This document shows positions 49,000 to 58,609 of a stretch of DNA of 64,000 bases, one piece after another (the stretch's first letter is position 1; the number at the start of each line of letters is the position of its first letter). Made by a program: the position numbers and the translations under genes. The notes below the pieces were generated by a model. That model had not been told where the DNA came from and made no database searches. It saw only the letters and a program-made list of their open reading frames with translations. This stretch comes from Verrucomicrobiota bacterium. GTDB lineage: Bacteria > Verrucomicrobiota > Lentisphaeria > Lentisphaerales > Lentisphaeraceae. The DNA lies in NCBI GenBank assembly GCA_039798785.1, contig JBDKFG010000022.1, positions 1 through 64,000 of the forward strand. Reading direction: 5' to 3'.

Positions 49000-49171
49000 G
49001 ATGGCGCAGCGCCTGCGGCAGAATGTCGGCAATCGGCAAGGGGAAGGGGATTCGGATTTGCGGGTGATGCGGTGATGCAGACCACGAAAGCCGTTCGCCT
49101 CTGCCGCTACGGACTGGCAGCCGGTCATGGAAGGGACGAAGTCGATCCGCTGACTGCCGAGCCAACGCGAT

Positions 49172-52108
49172 TCAGCGCCCCAGCAGCACCCGGCTGAGGA
49201 GCGGGATGAGCAGCAGGCCGCCGAGGGTGGCGGCGATCAGGCCGCCGATCAGGGCGAGGGCGAGGGGGAGCCAGAGGCCGTCGCCGGTGAAGGCGAGGGG
49301 GATGGCGCCAGCGAAGGCGCAGAGGGTGCTGAGCAAGACCGGTTCGAGACGGGAGGCGGCGGCGCGGGAGATGTCGGCGATGGCATCGCCTCCGGCGGCG
49401 AGCTCCTGGCGGATGGCGGCGGCCAGGACGATGGCGATGTTGAGGGCGAGGCCGGCCATGGCGGTGATGCCGAGGATGGCCATGAAGCTGAGCGGCACGC
49501 CGCTGAACTTGAGGGCCAAGGCGGCGCCGCTGAGGCCGAGGGGGATGATGCTCAGGCTGACTAGCAGGGAACGCAAGGAGCCGGATTGCAGGATCAGGGC
49601 GATGAAGATCAAGGCGGCCGCGAGCGGGATCTTCTCGTACAAGGCCTGGCTGGCCTCGCGCCCCAGCGCCGCGACGCCGCAGTCTTCCACCGTCAGGCCG
49701 AATTCACGGCCGAGCTCGGCAAGCCGGGGGCCTGCGGATATGGGGCTTCCGAAATAATCGCTGACCAGGGTGATCATCGGTTGGCCCTGTTTCTTTTCGA
49801 GGCAGGCCGGCTCGGTGATCTTCTCGAGCTTGGCGACGTCGGAAAGCAGGCAGGGTTCGCCGCGGGCGGGATAGATGAAAGCGTCTTTGAGGCGCTCGAT
49901 ATTGTCCTCTCCGACCCGAGTGGGCAGGACGAGAACGGGCAAGTTTTCGCCTTGCTGATGGATCTCCAGGGCCGGCAGGCCGTGCAGGTTGGCGCTCAGG
50001 GCCAGGGCGGTGTCGGCGGGGGTGATGTGGCGCTTCGCCGCTTCGTCTTGATCCAAGACCAGGCGCCAGGAGGAGCTCTGCTGGTATTCGCGGCGGAGGC
50101 CTTGGCAGAACTTCGAATTCCCCACCTTGGCCTGGAAAGCTGCGAGCTGGGCCTCGGAACCGCTGATCTCGAAGCGTTGTTTCGAGCTGGCGCGGGGGCC
50201 GACGCTTTGCAGTCGCCAAGTCAGGGTGCAGCCTTTGGGGACGGGCAGGGACTGGGCCTTTTCCAGGGCTTGGCTGGCGGCGGCGGTGGACTCGAAGGGT
50301 TGGAGGATGAGGGCGGCGTGGGGTCCGGCGGCGTGGAGCTCACCGTAGCCGGCGACGGCGGGGAGGGACTGGCCGCAGAGGGCGGTCCAATGGCTTTGGC
50401 CGGTCTTGCTGGCAAGGGCCTGGCCGAGTTCGAGGCTGGCGCTGCGAGTGAGGGCGGGGGCGGCGCTGGAATCGAGGCGGAGTTCACCGATGAGGAGGGG
50501 GCGGGGCGCTTCGGGGAAGAAGCTCAAGGGGAGGCGTCCGAGGAGCCAGGGGCCGAGGAGAAGGAGGGGCAGGAGCAGGAGCAGGACCAGGGGGGCTCGG
50601 GGAAGGAGGCGAGTCAGCAGTTTTTCGTAGAGTTTTTCCAGCGGCGCGAGGGGATGACGCGAGGCGGCGCCGGCGAGGAAGGGCGTGAGGGCGAAGGCGT
50701 AGAGGTAGGAGAAGGCCAGGGCGATGGCGAGGACCGGGGCGAGCTGCTGGAGGAACTGCCCGACCGGGTGATCGGCGAGCGAGGCGGGAAGGAAGCCGGC
50801 GGCGTTGGCGACGGTGGCGGCGGCGAGGGGGGCGCCAAGAAGACGGAAGACCGGGGTCAGAGCTTCGTCGCGCGACGCGTGATCTTGGAGACGGCGGGCG
50901 ACGGCCTGGACGACGACGAGATGGTTGTCGGTGACGATGCCGATGGCGATGGTGACGGCGCCGAGGGTGACCAGGTCGACGCTGGCGCCAAGGGCTTGGA
51001 GGACGGCGAAGGTGGAGAGGATCGACAGGGGGACCATCAGGGTGACGAGAAGGCCGTTGCGGAAGCCGAGGACAAGGGTGAGGAGCAAGGCGATGGCGGC
51101 GAGTCCGGCGAGGGCGGCGCGGTTGAAATCGAAGGCGTCGTGGCGGGCAAGGCTGGCGGAGTCGAGGAGGATTTGCGGCTTGGGCAATTTCAGCTCGGCG
51201 CAGCGGGCCTGGAGGCGCTCGAGGACGCGTCGGCTGAAGTCCTCGGCCTTTTCGCCAATATGGCGGCTGACCAGGAGGCAGACCGCGGGCTTGCCCTCGG
51301 CCAGGACGCAGGAGGCGGCGGGGGCGTCTTCGAGGGTGATGTCGAGAAGGCGGTCGAGGGTGGTGGGATGGCTGTCAATGGGATCGGGGACGATGATGCC
51401 CTTGAGGCGTTCGAGGGAGTTGAGGCGGATATCGGCGTGGACGGGGAAGAGGGTTTTGCCATCGTCGAGGTAGGCGCCTGGGGCCTGGGGGCCGTGGTTG
51501 CGGATGAGTCCGGTGATTTGGATCGGGGAGAGTCCGGTACGGGCGAGATCGGCGTCTTTGTAGCGGACGCAGATGCGGCGGGCGGGGGCGCCGAGGACTT
51601 CGCTGCTGGCGACACCTGGGGTGGCGGCGAGGGTATCGAGGAGGGCGGGCAGGGCTTGGCGGAGCTGGGCGCTGGACTCGGCGCGGAGGGAAATGGCGAG
51701 CTGGGCGTCGGGGCCTTCGGCATCGATGGCGGGGCCGCGGAGGCCGGGGTTGACGGCGGCGAGCTGGGAGCGGAGTTCGGCCACTTCTTGTTCGAGGGCT
51801 TGGCGGGTGCTGCTCGGGGCCTTGGGGTCGATTTCGACGAAGCTGAGGCGGAGGCCGTTCCAGGTCTGGCTGCGGAAGCTTTTCAGGCCGGGCATTTGCC
51901 GGAGCGCTTGATCGAGGGGCTGGCCGACGGCTTCTTCGAGCGCCTGCGCCGGGACGCCGGGATGGGCGGCGCGGATGACGAGGTGACCGGTCGCGACCTT
52001 CGGTTCCGGCCGCTGTTCGAGGCCGGACAAGGCGAAGAAGCCGGCGACGGCGCAGATCAGGGCGAGGACGAGCGAGGCGCGGCGGTGGCGGGAGAGGAAG
52101 GAAGTCAT
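49172..52108 (-). CDS. AcrB/RND-family permease, divergent
   Basis: About 980 aa; HPGVPAQALEEAV, two TM blocks, RLEPVLLSTL, W.PLALALIGGL. Confidence 0.85.
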   Translation of the reverse strand: MTSFLSRHRRASLVLALICAVAGFFALSGLEQRPEPKVATGHLVIRAAHPGVPAQALEEAVGQPLDQALRQMPGLKSFRSQTWNGLRLSFVEIDPKAPSSTRQALEQEVAELRSQLAAVNPGLRGPAIDAEGPDAQLAISLRAESSAQLRQALPALLDTLAATPGVASSEVLGAPARRICVRYKDADLARTGLSPIQITGLIRNHGPQAPGAYLDDGKTLFPVHADIRLNSLERLKGIIVPDPIDSHPTTLDRLLDITLEDAPAASCVLAEGKPAVCLLVSRHIGEKAEDFSRRVLERLQARCAELKLPKPQILLDSASLARHDAFDFNRAALAGLAAIALLLTLVLGFRNGLLVTLMVPLSILSTFAVLQALGASVDLVTLGAVTIAIGIVTDNHLVVVQAVARRLQDHASRDEALTPVFRLLGAPLAAATVANAAGFLPASLADHPVGQFLQQLAPVLAIALAFSYLYAFALTPFLAGAASRHPLAPLEKLYEKLLTRLLPRAPLVLLLLLPLLLLGPWLLGRLPLSFFPEAPRPLLIGELRLDSSAAPALTRSASLELGQALASKTGQSHWTALCGQSLPAVAGYGELHAAGPHAALILQPFESTAAASQALEKAQSLPVPKGCTLTWRLQSVGPRASSKQRFEISGSEAQLAAFQAKVGNSKFCQGLRREYQQSSSWRLVLDQDEAAKRHITPADTALALSANLHGLPALEIHQQGENLPVLVLPTRVGEDNIERLKDAFIYPARGEPCLLSDVAKLEKITEPACLEKKQGQPMITLVSDYFGSPISAGPRLAELGREFGLTVEDCGVAALGREASQALYEKIPLAAALIFIALILQSGSLRSLLVSLSIIPLGLSGAALALKFSGVPLSFMAILGITAMAGLALNIAIVLAAAIRQELAAGGDAIADISRAAASRLEPVLLSTLCAFAGAIPLAFTGDGLWLPLALALIGGLIAATLGGLLLIPLLSRVLLGR

Positions 52109-52171
52109 GGGAAACCTTTTTAGCAATTAAGAATTAAGAATTAAGAGTTAAGAATGGAGCTACACGTGGCT

Positions 52172-52399
52172 CTAGAGGGGTGCTTCAGGATATGAACTGA
52201 GGACCTCAGCATGAGAAATAACATGGGCCTCTCGTTCATTTTGCTCCCAGTAGGAACCGCATTGACTGCAGCGATGGAGACTGGCATGCAATTCAAAATT
52301 GATTGCCAATTCAGGCGGCCGTTGTCCAGAGCTCCAGAGGCTGCGACAGATCGAACAGCCTTGAAGATTCCAATCAATAAGTGGCGCTTCGTTTGCCAT
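52172..52399 (-). CDS. Small Zn-finger-like protein
   Basis: CSIC...HRCSQCGSYWE; 75 aa; AT-richer. Confidence 0.65.
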   Translation of the reverse strand: MANEAPLIDWNLQGCSICRSLWSSGQRPPELAINFELHASLHRCSQCGSYWEQNEREAHVISHAEVLSSYPEAPL

Positions 52400-52443
52400 A
52401 GTGGACTTTCTATTGCTGAGTTGATGAGAAATTGTGTTTTGCC

Positions 52444-52537
52444 CTCGTCGCGAAGCGACGGTGTGAGTGTAGCCGGGGGTTTCAACCCCCGGATAGAATC
52501 GAGAGGATTTTGCCGTCGCGAAGCGACAGGATGACAT
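52444..52537 (+). repeat. Half copy of the GTAG/CGTC REPIN-like element
   Basis: TCGTCGCGAAGCGACGGTGTGAGTGTAGCCGGGGGTTTCAACCCCCGGATAG...GCCGTCGCGAAGCGACAGGATGACAT, as at 33446-33540. Confidence 0.88.
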
Positions 52538-52550
52538 ATGTCGGGACTTG

Positions 52551-52835
52551 TCAGCCGAGGCGTGCATCACGAGCTCCGTGAAGCACCAGAAGGATTTCGA
52601 TATGGTCTGAGCAAATCCGGTAAATCAGTCGATATGGGCCCTCGAACAATTCGCGAATTTGAGGCAGATCATATTCCGGGACACGGCGGCCGGAGAACGG
52701 AAATATCGCGATCTGTTCTGATCGTGACATCAGTCGCTCCACCATGCGATTGGCGTAATCAGTCGAGCTCTGCGCGATGTACTGGTGGATGGCCGCCAAC
52801 TGCCTTTGAGCGTCTTGCGACCAGTAGACCTTCAT
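52551..52835 (-). CDS. RelE/ParE-family toxin
   Basis: MKVYWSQDA, FPFSGRRVPE, YRLIYRI, VLHGARD. Confidence 0.9.
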   Translation of the reverse strand: MKVYWSQDAQRQLAAIHQYIAQSSTDYANRMVERLMSRSEQIAIFPFSGRRVPEYDLPQIRELFEGPYRLIYRICSDHIEILLVLHGARDARLG

Positions 52836-53020
52836 TTTTTCAGTCCGTACTGAGCTCGCAGTTCAGCGACTTCGATCATGCGCCCTTCATCACAATCGCG
52901 AATGCTTTTTTTGATTGATTCCCGGACATAGATTTCATGCATGAGATCATCCCAAGTGGCTCCGGCCGGGAGCTGGTCGATGATCCGGTGGGCTTCTTCT
53001 TTGATCAGAGTCGTGGACAT
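52832..53020 (-). CDS. Cognate antitoxin
   Basis: 62 aa; ATGA overlap upstream of the toxin; IDQLPAGATWDDLMHEIYVR. Confidence 0.8.
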   Translation of the reverse strand: MSTTLIKEEAHRIIDQLPAGATWDDLMHEIYVRESIKKSIRDCDEGRMIEVAELRAQYGLKK

Positions 53021-53137
53021 GGGAATACCTCGTTTGCTGAACTTTACACTGAAATGGAATGGGTGGCAAGGGCTTTGAGCTCAACCGGCTGGCAGCCGGC
53101 GCTCCCAGGGAAGCGGCCGGCAAGAGCGCATCTGCCC

Positions 53138-55378
53138 TCACTTCTTCCCGAGATAGACCAGCAGTCGGTCGTGGCAGGTGAGGACGAGGTCGTCGAGGCC
53201 GTCGCCGGTGAAGTCGCCGATGATGGCCTGGGTGGGGTCGGGGCGTTTGTCGCCGTTGCCGCCTCTGTGAGTTTCGTCGGAGAAGACCCGGAAGGCCTTG
53301 GCGGGGAGGAGCTGGCCTTCGGCAGAAAGGGTGAAGATGTCGACGCTGTTGTTGGCGCCGTCGAGGACGGCGATTTCGGCGAGGCCGTCGCCGTTGAGAT
53401 CGCCGGCGGCGAAGCTGTGGAAGCTGGCCTTGTCGAAGCTGGCGGAGGCCTTGCCGAAGCTTTGGCTGAGCCATTGTTTGCCGGTGAAGTCGAGGCTCCA
53501 CACTTCGCGGCGGCCGGCGAGGGCGAAGCCGCCTTTGATCCCGAGGGGCAGGATGCGGCCGATGTCGATCTTGCCGGTGGCGTAGGAATCCTTGTAGCGC
53601 ATCACCTTCTTGTCGCCGATGAAGACCTCAAGAGCGCCTTGCGACTCCTCGTAGGCGATGAGTTCGAGCTTGCCGTCGCCGTCGGTGTCGATCATTTGCG
53701 GGGCGCGCAGTTTTTCATCGGCGTTGCGGGCGTTGGCCTGGTCGAGGAGCTTGAAACCCTTGTCCTCGAGACGGATGGCTCGGACATAGCCGTCGCCGCC
53801 GATCAGGAGGTCTTCCTTGCCGTCGCCGTCGAAGTCGCCGAAGCCGATGCGGGCGGGGCTGAGGTCGACGGTCTGGCCGAGGCGGACGGGGTCTTTTTCG
53901 GCGGTTTCGGCGAAGCCGCCTTCCTGGGTTTGCAGGAAGAAGCGGGCGGCTTCGCGAGGGAAGAGGACGATGAGGTCGTCGAGGCCGTCGCCGTTGAGGT
54001 CGCGGGGCAGGAGTCCGGAGGGATCGCGGGAGAGCGAGCCGAGCTTGACGACGGAGTTCTTCCAGCTGCCGCTGGCGTTGTCGCGGGAGAGGACTTCGAG
54101 GTTGAAACGGACGCCGTCTCGGGTGGCGACGCCGACCACGTCATCCTGGCCTTTGCGGAAGACGCAGCAGGCCTGGGGTTCGGCCTGGGTGGGGAGGGCG
54201 ACGGGGAAGCTGAGGCGGCCGTCCTTGAGCTCGGAGAAGCCGACGGTTTTTTCGCGCGGGCTGCAAACGACGAGGGCTTCGGTCTTGCCGGTGCGGAAGG
54301 TGGCGATCGAGTTGACGCCGCGGAGGGAGGGGAATTCGCGGGCTTCGCTCCACGAGCCGTCGTCGCGGCGCTGGTGCCAGTGCAGGCGCGAGCCTTCGGG
54401 GTCGGCGAGGACGATTTCCGGGCCTTTGCCCTGAAGATCGGCGAGGGTGGCGAGCAGGGCCGACTTGTCGTTGGTGGCGGGGCGGAGGATGGCGGGCTGG
54501 AGGGTCTTGGGATCGTCCTTGCCGAGGGCGCGGTGTTCGAAGCCGAGATATTCGAGGCCGACGCCGGCGCGAGACAGGCTGATGGCGCCTTTGCCGAGGG
54601 GCAGCCAGCGGGGGGAAGCGAGATCGCGGGCGAGGGAGAATTCCGGGCCGTAGCTGTCGCCACAGCGTAGGCGGACCGACAGGTCGCGCTGGCCGTTGCC
54701 GTTGGAGGTGAGGACGAAGTCGAGCTTGCCGTCGCCGTCGACATCTTGCAGGGCGAGGCCGCGGGCGACGGGGTTGGCGACGCCGAGGCGGAGGGGGATG
54801 CCGAGGTCGCGTGCGAGGCCGCCCTTGAAGATCAGCAAGGCGTCGCGGGTGAGGGCGGCGAGATCGGCCTTGCCGTCGCCGTCGAGGTCGCCGCTGGCGA
54901 GGGCGGTGGAATCGGGGAGGGCGTCGCACTGATCGTGGCGGAGGACTTTTTCCCACTCGGTCGTGCCGGTCTGGAAGGCGATGCCGACGCCGAAGCGCTT
55001 GCCGGTGAAGGCAATGTCGTTTTTGCCATCGCCGTCGAAGTCGAGGATCTGGACGGCGTAGACGTCATCACCGAGGACGAGAGCCTTGCTGATGAAGTCG
55101 CTGTTTTCGATCTGGGGCAGCCAGCGTTCGCTGGGGGCGGCCTTGGCTTTTTCGGCGGCGCGTTCGGTGGCGTTGCGTTGGAGGAGGAGGACGAGGCCGG
55201 CGTGGCTCGGGTCGACGACGAGCAGGTCGAGGCGGCCGTCGCCGTCGAGGTCGCCTTTGGCGAGGGCGGTGCAGCCGGGCGGGAGGCGGAGGATCTGCGG
55301 CCCGTCGAGGCGGATTTCCGGGGCTTTCGGGGCGGGGGTCTGGGCCAGGGCGGCGGCGAGGAGGAGGCTGCTGAACAT
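53138..55378 (-). CDS. Secreted FG-GAP/VCBS repeat (beta-propeller) protein
   Basis: Signal peptide; many GDLDGDG.LDL repeats. Confidence 0.9.
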   Translation of the reverse strand: MFSSLLLAAALAQTPAPKAPEIRLDGPQILRLPPGCTALAKGDLDGDGRLDLLVVDPSHAGLVLLLQRNATERAAEKAKAAPSERWLPQIENSDFISKALVLGDDVYAVQILDFDGDGKNDIAFTGKRFGVGIAFQTGTTEWEKVLRHDQCDALPDSTALASGDLDGDGKADLAALTRDALLIFKGGLARDLGIPLRLGVANPVARGLALQDVDGDGKLDFVLTSNGNGQRDLSVRLRCGDSYGPEFSLARDLASPRWLPLGKGAISLSRAGVGLEYLGFEHRALGKDDPKTLQPAILRPATNDKSALLATLADLQGKGPEIVLADPEGSRLHWHQRRDDGSWSEAREFPSLRGVNSIATFRTGKTEALVVCSPREKTVGFSELKDGRLSFPVALPTQAEPQACCVFRKGQDDVVGVATRDGVRFNLEVLSRDNASGSWKNSVVKLGSLSRDPSGLLPRDLNGDGLDDLIVLFPREAARFFLQTQEGGFAETAEKDPVRLGQTVDLSPARIGFGDFDGDGKEDLLIGGDGYVRAIRLEDKGFKLLDQANARNADEKLRAPQMIDTDGDGKLELIAYEESQGALEVFIGDKKVMRYKDSYATGKIDIGRILPLGIKGGFALAGRREVWSLDFTGKQWLSQSFGKASASFDKASFHSFAAGDLNGDGLAEIAVLDGANNSVDIFTLSAEGQLLPAKAFRVFSDETHRGGNGDKRPDPTQAIIGDFTGDGLDDLVLTCHDRLLVYLGKK

Positions 55379-55390
55379 GAGTGGAGCTCG

Positions 55391-55503
55391 AAGGTTTAAA
55401 GTTTAAAATTTAAGGTTTAAGGTTTAAGGTTGGAGCGGCAAGAGCTCAGGATGAGGTGCTTGGTTCCACCTGTCCCTGCGTTTGTCTTTCAACCTTTCAA
55501 CCC
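55391..55503. repeat. AAGGTTT heptamer arm plus CTTTCAAC arm
   Basis: AAGGTTTAAAGTTTAAAATTTAAGGTTTAAGGTTTAAGGTT ... TTTCAACCTTTCAACC. Confidence 0.8.
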
Positions 55504-55514
55504 GGTTCCCGAGC

Positions 55515-57518
55515 TTATTCCTTGTCTTCGACGACGAGGGCTTTCATGTGGATGCCGGTTTCGGAGACGAAGGTCTTGCTGGCGTAGTGGTAATGCAGGT
55601 CCTTGAGGGCGTCGCGCTGCTTCAGGAGGTTTTCCTTGGAGAAGAGCTTGCTTGCGTCTTTGTCGCCTTCTTCGGCCTGTCCGTCCTCCGACTTGCGCGT
55701 TTTGCGGATCTTGGCGATCATCTCGGCGTTCTTGATCTGTTCGTTGATGGCGGCGCGCATGCTGGTGGCGAGGTCCATGTAGCTGAGGTCGGCGGGGATG
55801 CCGGAGACGGCGCTGATCTCGTCGAAGACGCCGCTCTTGAGGAGGGCGCGGCCGGGGGTTTTCATGTTGGCGATGACGGTTTCGATGAAGCCGGCTTCGC
55901 CGATGGCGACGATGAAGCGCTCGCCGACGAGGGCGTAGCTGATTTCGCCTTTCGCTTCTTTCGGTGCGGCGGTGGGGTCTTGGATGCCATCGGCGTCCTC
56001 TTCTCCGCCGACATCGATCGAGACGCCGAGGGGGCTGTTGATGCCTTTGTAGGTGAAGATGGTGCTGCCGAGGTAGTCGCGCTTGACCGGCTCGGGCATG
56101 GCCTGGTTTTTGGCGGCGAGGCCGAGGGCGGTGTTGATGGCGTTGGTGATGCCTTCGGGCTTTTTGACCTTGAAGATGAAGATCTTGCCGGGCTGGGTGT
56201 CATCGTCGGGATTGCGCTTGGGGAAGCCGGTGAGGTCGATGACTTCCGGCTCGAGATTGAGCAGGAAGTCCTCGCGGATCTTTTCAAGGGCGGGCATCAG
56301 TTCCGGCTGAGTGGCGGCCATCATCCCGGTGGCCATGGTCCAGCCTTGCGGCGACAGCTTCTGCAGCATCGTCCGCAGCGAGTCCCAGCTCCGGCTGATG
56401 TCCATGGTGGAGACGCTGGCGCCTTTGAATTCGGTGGTGACGAAGTCGGGCATGGCGACGGGGGCGGGACCGTATTGGACCAGGGAGGCGAGGCCGACCT
56501 TGTCCTTCCAGGTCAGGCCCCAGTTGAGGAGGGCGCGTTTCTCTTCGAGTTTGAAGGATCCGTAGAAGAGGCGGAAGTTCTCGAGGCCGAGGGCGTCCAT
56601 GACGGTTTTCGGGTCGATGAACATCGCCGCCTGGGGATTGGTGCTGACTTCGTCGCGCAGGGTGGTTTCGAGGAAGTTGCGGAGTTTGGTGCCGACGGCT
56701 TCGAGGTTGAAGATGGCGTAGCCGTCCTGGCTGCCCATTTCGGCGGCGGCCTGGAGGTATTCCGGGGTCGAGCCGAAGTTGTCCTTGATGCTGCCGGCGC
56801 GCAGGGCCTTGATGCCGTCGCGCAGGGCTTCCTTGTCTTCGGCGATGACGATGGCGCCGTTGACCAGGGCTTCGCAGAAGGTTTCTTCCTCTTCGCTGTC
56901 TTTGTCCTTGGTGGTGATGGTGGTCATCAAGGTGCCTTCGAAGGCTTCGCTGGCGTAGTCGAAGAGGGCGCCGCGGTCTTGCGCCAGCTGCTTCAGGCCC
57001 TTGAGGATCTTCTCGTGTTCGGCGGGGTTGCCGCCGAATTCGAGGAACATCAATGGCTGCAGATCTGGCTTGACTTCGATTTTGGCGGTGGCACCGGCTT
57101 CGTCGACGGCGGCGGTGACTGGAGCTTTCTCTTCTTTGTCGACGATGCGGAAGCTGAGCGTGGCCTTGCCTTTGAAGAGGCGGAGAGCGGCGGCTTCGTC
57201 GAGGCCGGTGGCCTTCTCGATGTCGGCGGGGGATGGGATGAGTTTGGTGAGGGCGCCGAGGGCGCTGTGTTCGATGGCGGGGTTCTTGATCAGCTTGCCG
57301 ATCGGGCTGCGGTCATCGATCTTGACCAGTTTGCCCCAGTCCTTGATGACGATGACGCCGGCGCTGTCTTTGCTGATCATCTTGACGAAGTCGCGTTCCG
57401 CCTGGGCTGCGGGGGCGGCGAGCGGAGCGGGAGCGGTGTCGGCGGCGAGGCTGTTCAGCGGGGCGAGGAAGGTGGCGGCGGCGAGGAAGAGCGAAGCGGG
57501 CAGGATTGAGCGGGTCAT
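55515..57518 (-). CDS. Large secreted hypothetical protein
   Basis: Signal peptide; 667 aa; strong host codon bias. Confidence 0.8.
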   Translation of the reverse strand: MTRSILPASLFLAAATFLAPLNSLAADTAPAPLAAPAAQAERDFVKMISKDSAGVIVIKDWGKLVKIDDRSPIGKLIKNPAIEHSALGALTKLIPSPADIEKATGLDEAAALRLFKGKATLSFRIVDKEEKAPVTAAVDEAGATAKIEVKPDLQPLMFLEFGGNPAEHEKILKGLKQLAQDRGALFDYASEAFEGTLMTTITTKDKDSEEEETFCEALVNGAIVIAEDKEALRDGIKALRAGSIKDNFGSTPEYLQAAAEMGSQDGYAIFNLEAVGTKLRNFLETTLRDEVSTNPQAAMFIDPKTVMDALGLENFRLFYGSFKLEEKRALLNWGLTWKDKVGLASLVQYGPAPVAMPDFVTTEFKGASVSTMDISRSWDSLRTMLQKLSPQGWTMATGMMAATQPELMPALEKIREDFLLNLEPEVIDLTGFPKRNPDDDTQPGKIFIFKVKKPEGITNAINTALGLAAKNQAMPEPVKRDYLGSTIFTYKGINSPLGVSIDVGGEEDADGIQDPTAAPKEAKGEISYALVGERFIVAIGEAGFIETVIANMKTPGRALLKSGVFDEISAVSGIPADLSYMDLATSMRAAINEQIKNAEMIAKIRKTRKSEDGQAEEGDKDASKLFSKENLLKQRDALKDLHYHYASKTFVSETGIHMKALVVEDKE

Positions 57519-57594
57519 GGGGGGGCTCCAAAGTTTAAGGTTTAAGGTTGTTGATGTTCAGCACCCAGCTGTGTCCCAGCTGTGTCCCAGTTTT

Positions 57595-58506
57595 TCACGG
57601 CTTCAGGTAGCGCACGCCGTTGGCGGGGTTGGAGGGCTCGAAGGCGAAGGCTTCGCGGTTGCGCAGGAAGGTCTTGATCCAGTCACTGGGGATGGCGAGG
57701 CCGATGTTCTGGCCTTGAGAGGCGCCCATCGAGTTCATGCCGAGGATCTGGCCTTTCATGTTGAAGAGCGGGCCGCCGGAGTTGCCGGGGCTGATAGCGG
57801 CGGTCATCTGGATGTAGAAGCCGTAGATGTTGTTGCCTTGCTCGACGTAGCGCTGCGGCTGGGCGACGACGCCTTCGGAGATCGAGCGGGTCAGGCCGAG
57901 GGGCGAGCCGATGGTGAAGACGGCATCACCCTGCTTGAGGACGGTGGAATCGGCGATGTCGACAAAGGGAAACTTGCCGCCGTCTTCGACCTTCAGGAGC
58001 GCCAGGTCGTAGCGGCCGGCGACGGCGACGATGCGGACCTTGGCGAAGGCCTTTTCCTGGATGCCGTCGGCAGTTTTGACGAACTGGCAGACGGTGAGGC
58101 TTTCTGGATGTTCGCCTTCGATGACGTGGGCGTTGGTGAGCAGGTAGCCGTCTTCGTGGATGAAGAAGCCGGAGCCGGTGCCGCCGCTGTTTTTCACCGT
58201 CACCACTGCGGCGCCGTGAAGATCCATCAGGTCTTTGCTGGGGCGGGTTTCGGCTTTCGGATCGGCGTCATGGTAGAGGCGGAACTTGTCCGGCGCCTGG
58301 TCGAGGGAGACGAAGCGGCTGACCGAGCTCATCGGCAGAGTCATTTTCTGGCCGGCGATTTGGAAGTTCAGGGTGTCGCCCTCTTTCTCGACGCCGCGGA
58401 CCTCGAGGCGGGCGCCGTCCTTGGTTTCGATCAGGCTGAGGGGGGCGGGCTCGGCCGCAAGCAGCGGCAGGACCAGGCAGCAGAAGGCGGCAGCGGATCT
58501 TATCAT
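57595..58506 (-). CDS. Secreted trypsin-like (S1C) serine protease, no PDZ
   Basis: GSGFF, LTNAHV, DLALLK, GNSGGPL. Confidence 0.9.
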   Translation of the reverse strand: MIRSAAAFCCLVLPLLAAEPAPLSLIETKDGARLEVRGVEKEGDTLNFQIAGQKMTLPMSSVSRFVSLDQAPDKFRLYHDADPKAETRPSKDLMDLHGAAVVTVKNSGGTGSGFFIHEDGYLLTNAHVIEGEHPESLTVCQFVKTADGIQEKAFAKVRIVAVAGRYDLALLKVEDGGKFPFVDIADSTVLKQGDAVFTIGSPLGLTRSISEGVVAQPQRYVEQGNNIYGFYIQMTAAISPGNSGGPLFNMKGQILGMNSMGASQGQNIGLAIPSDWIKTFLRNREAFAFEPSNPANGVRYLKP

Positions 58507-58573
58507 GGACACTCCTTGTAGGTGGGCTTGAAGAGAAAACGCCCCTCGCGGCGGCGATTTGACGGGAATAATG

Positions 58574-58598
58574 AAAAAACCGGAGGGCTTCCGGTTTT
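58574..58598 (-). terminator. Terminator after pyrE
   Basis: AAAACCGGA-AGCCC-TCCGGTTTTTT on the minus strand. Confidence 0.7.
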
Positions 58599-58609
58599 GT
58601 TCTTGCCGA

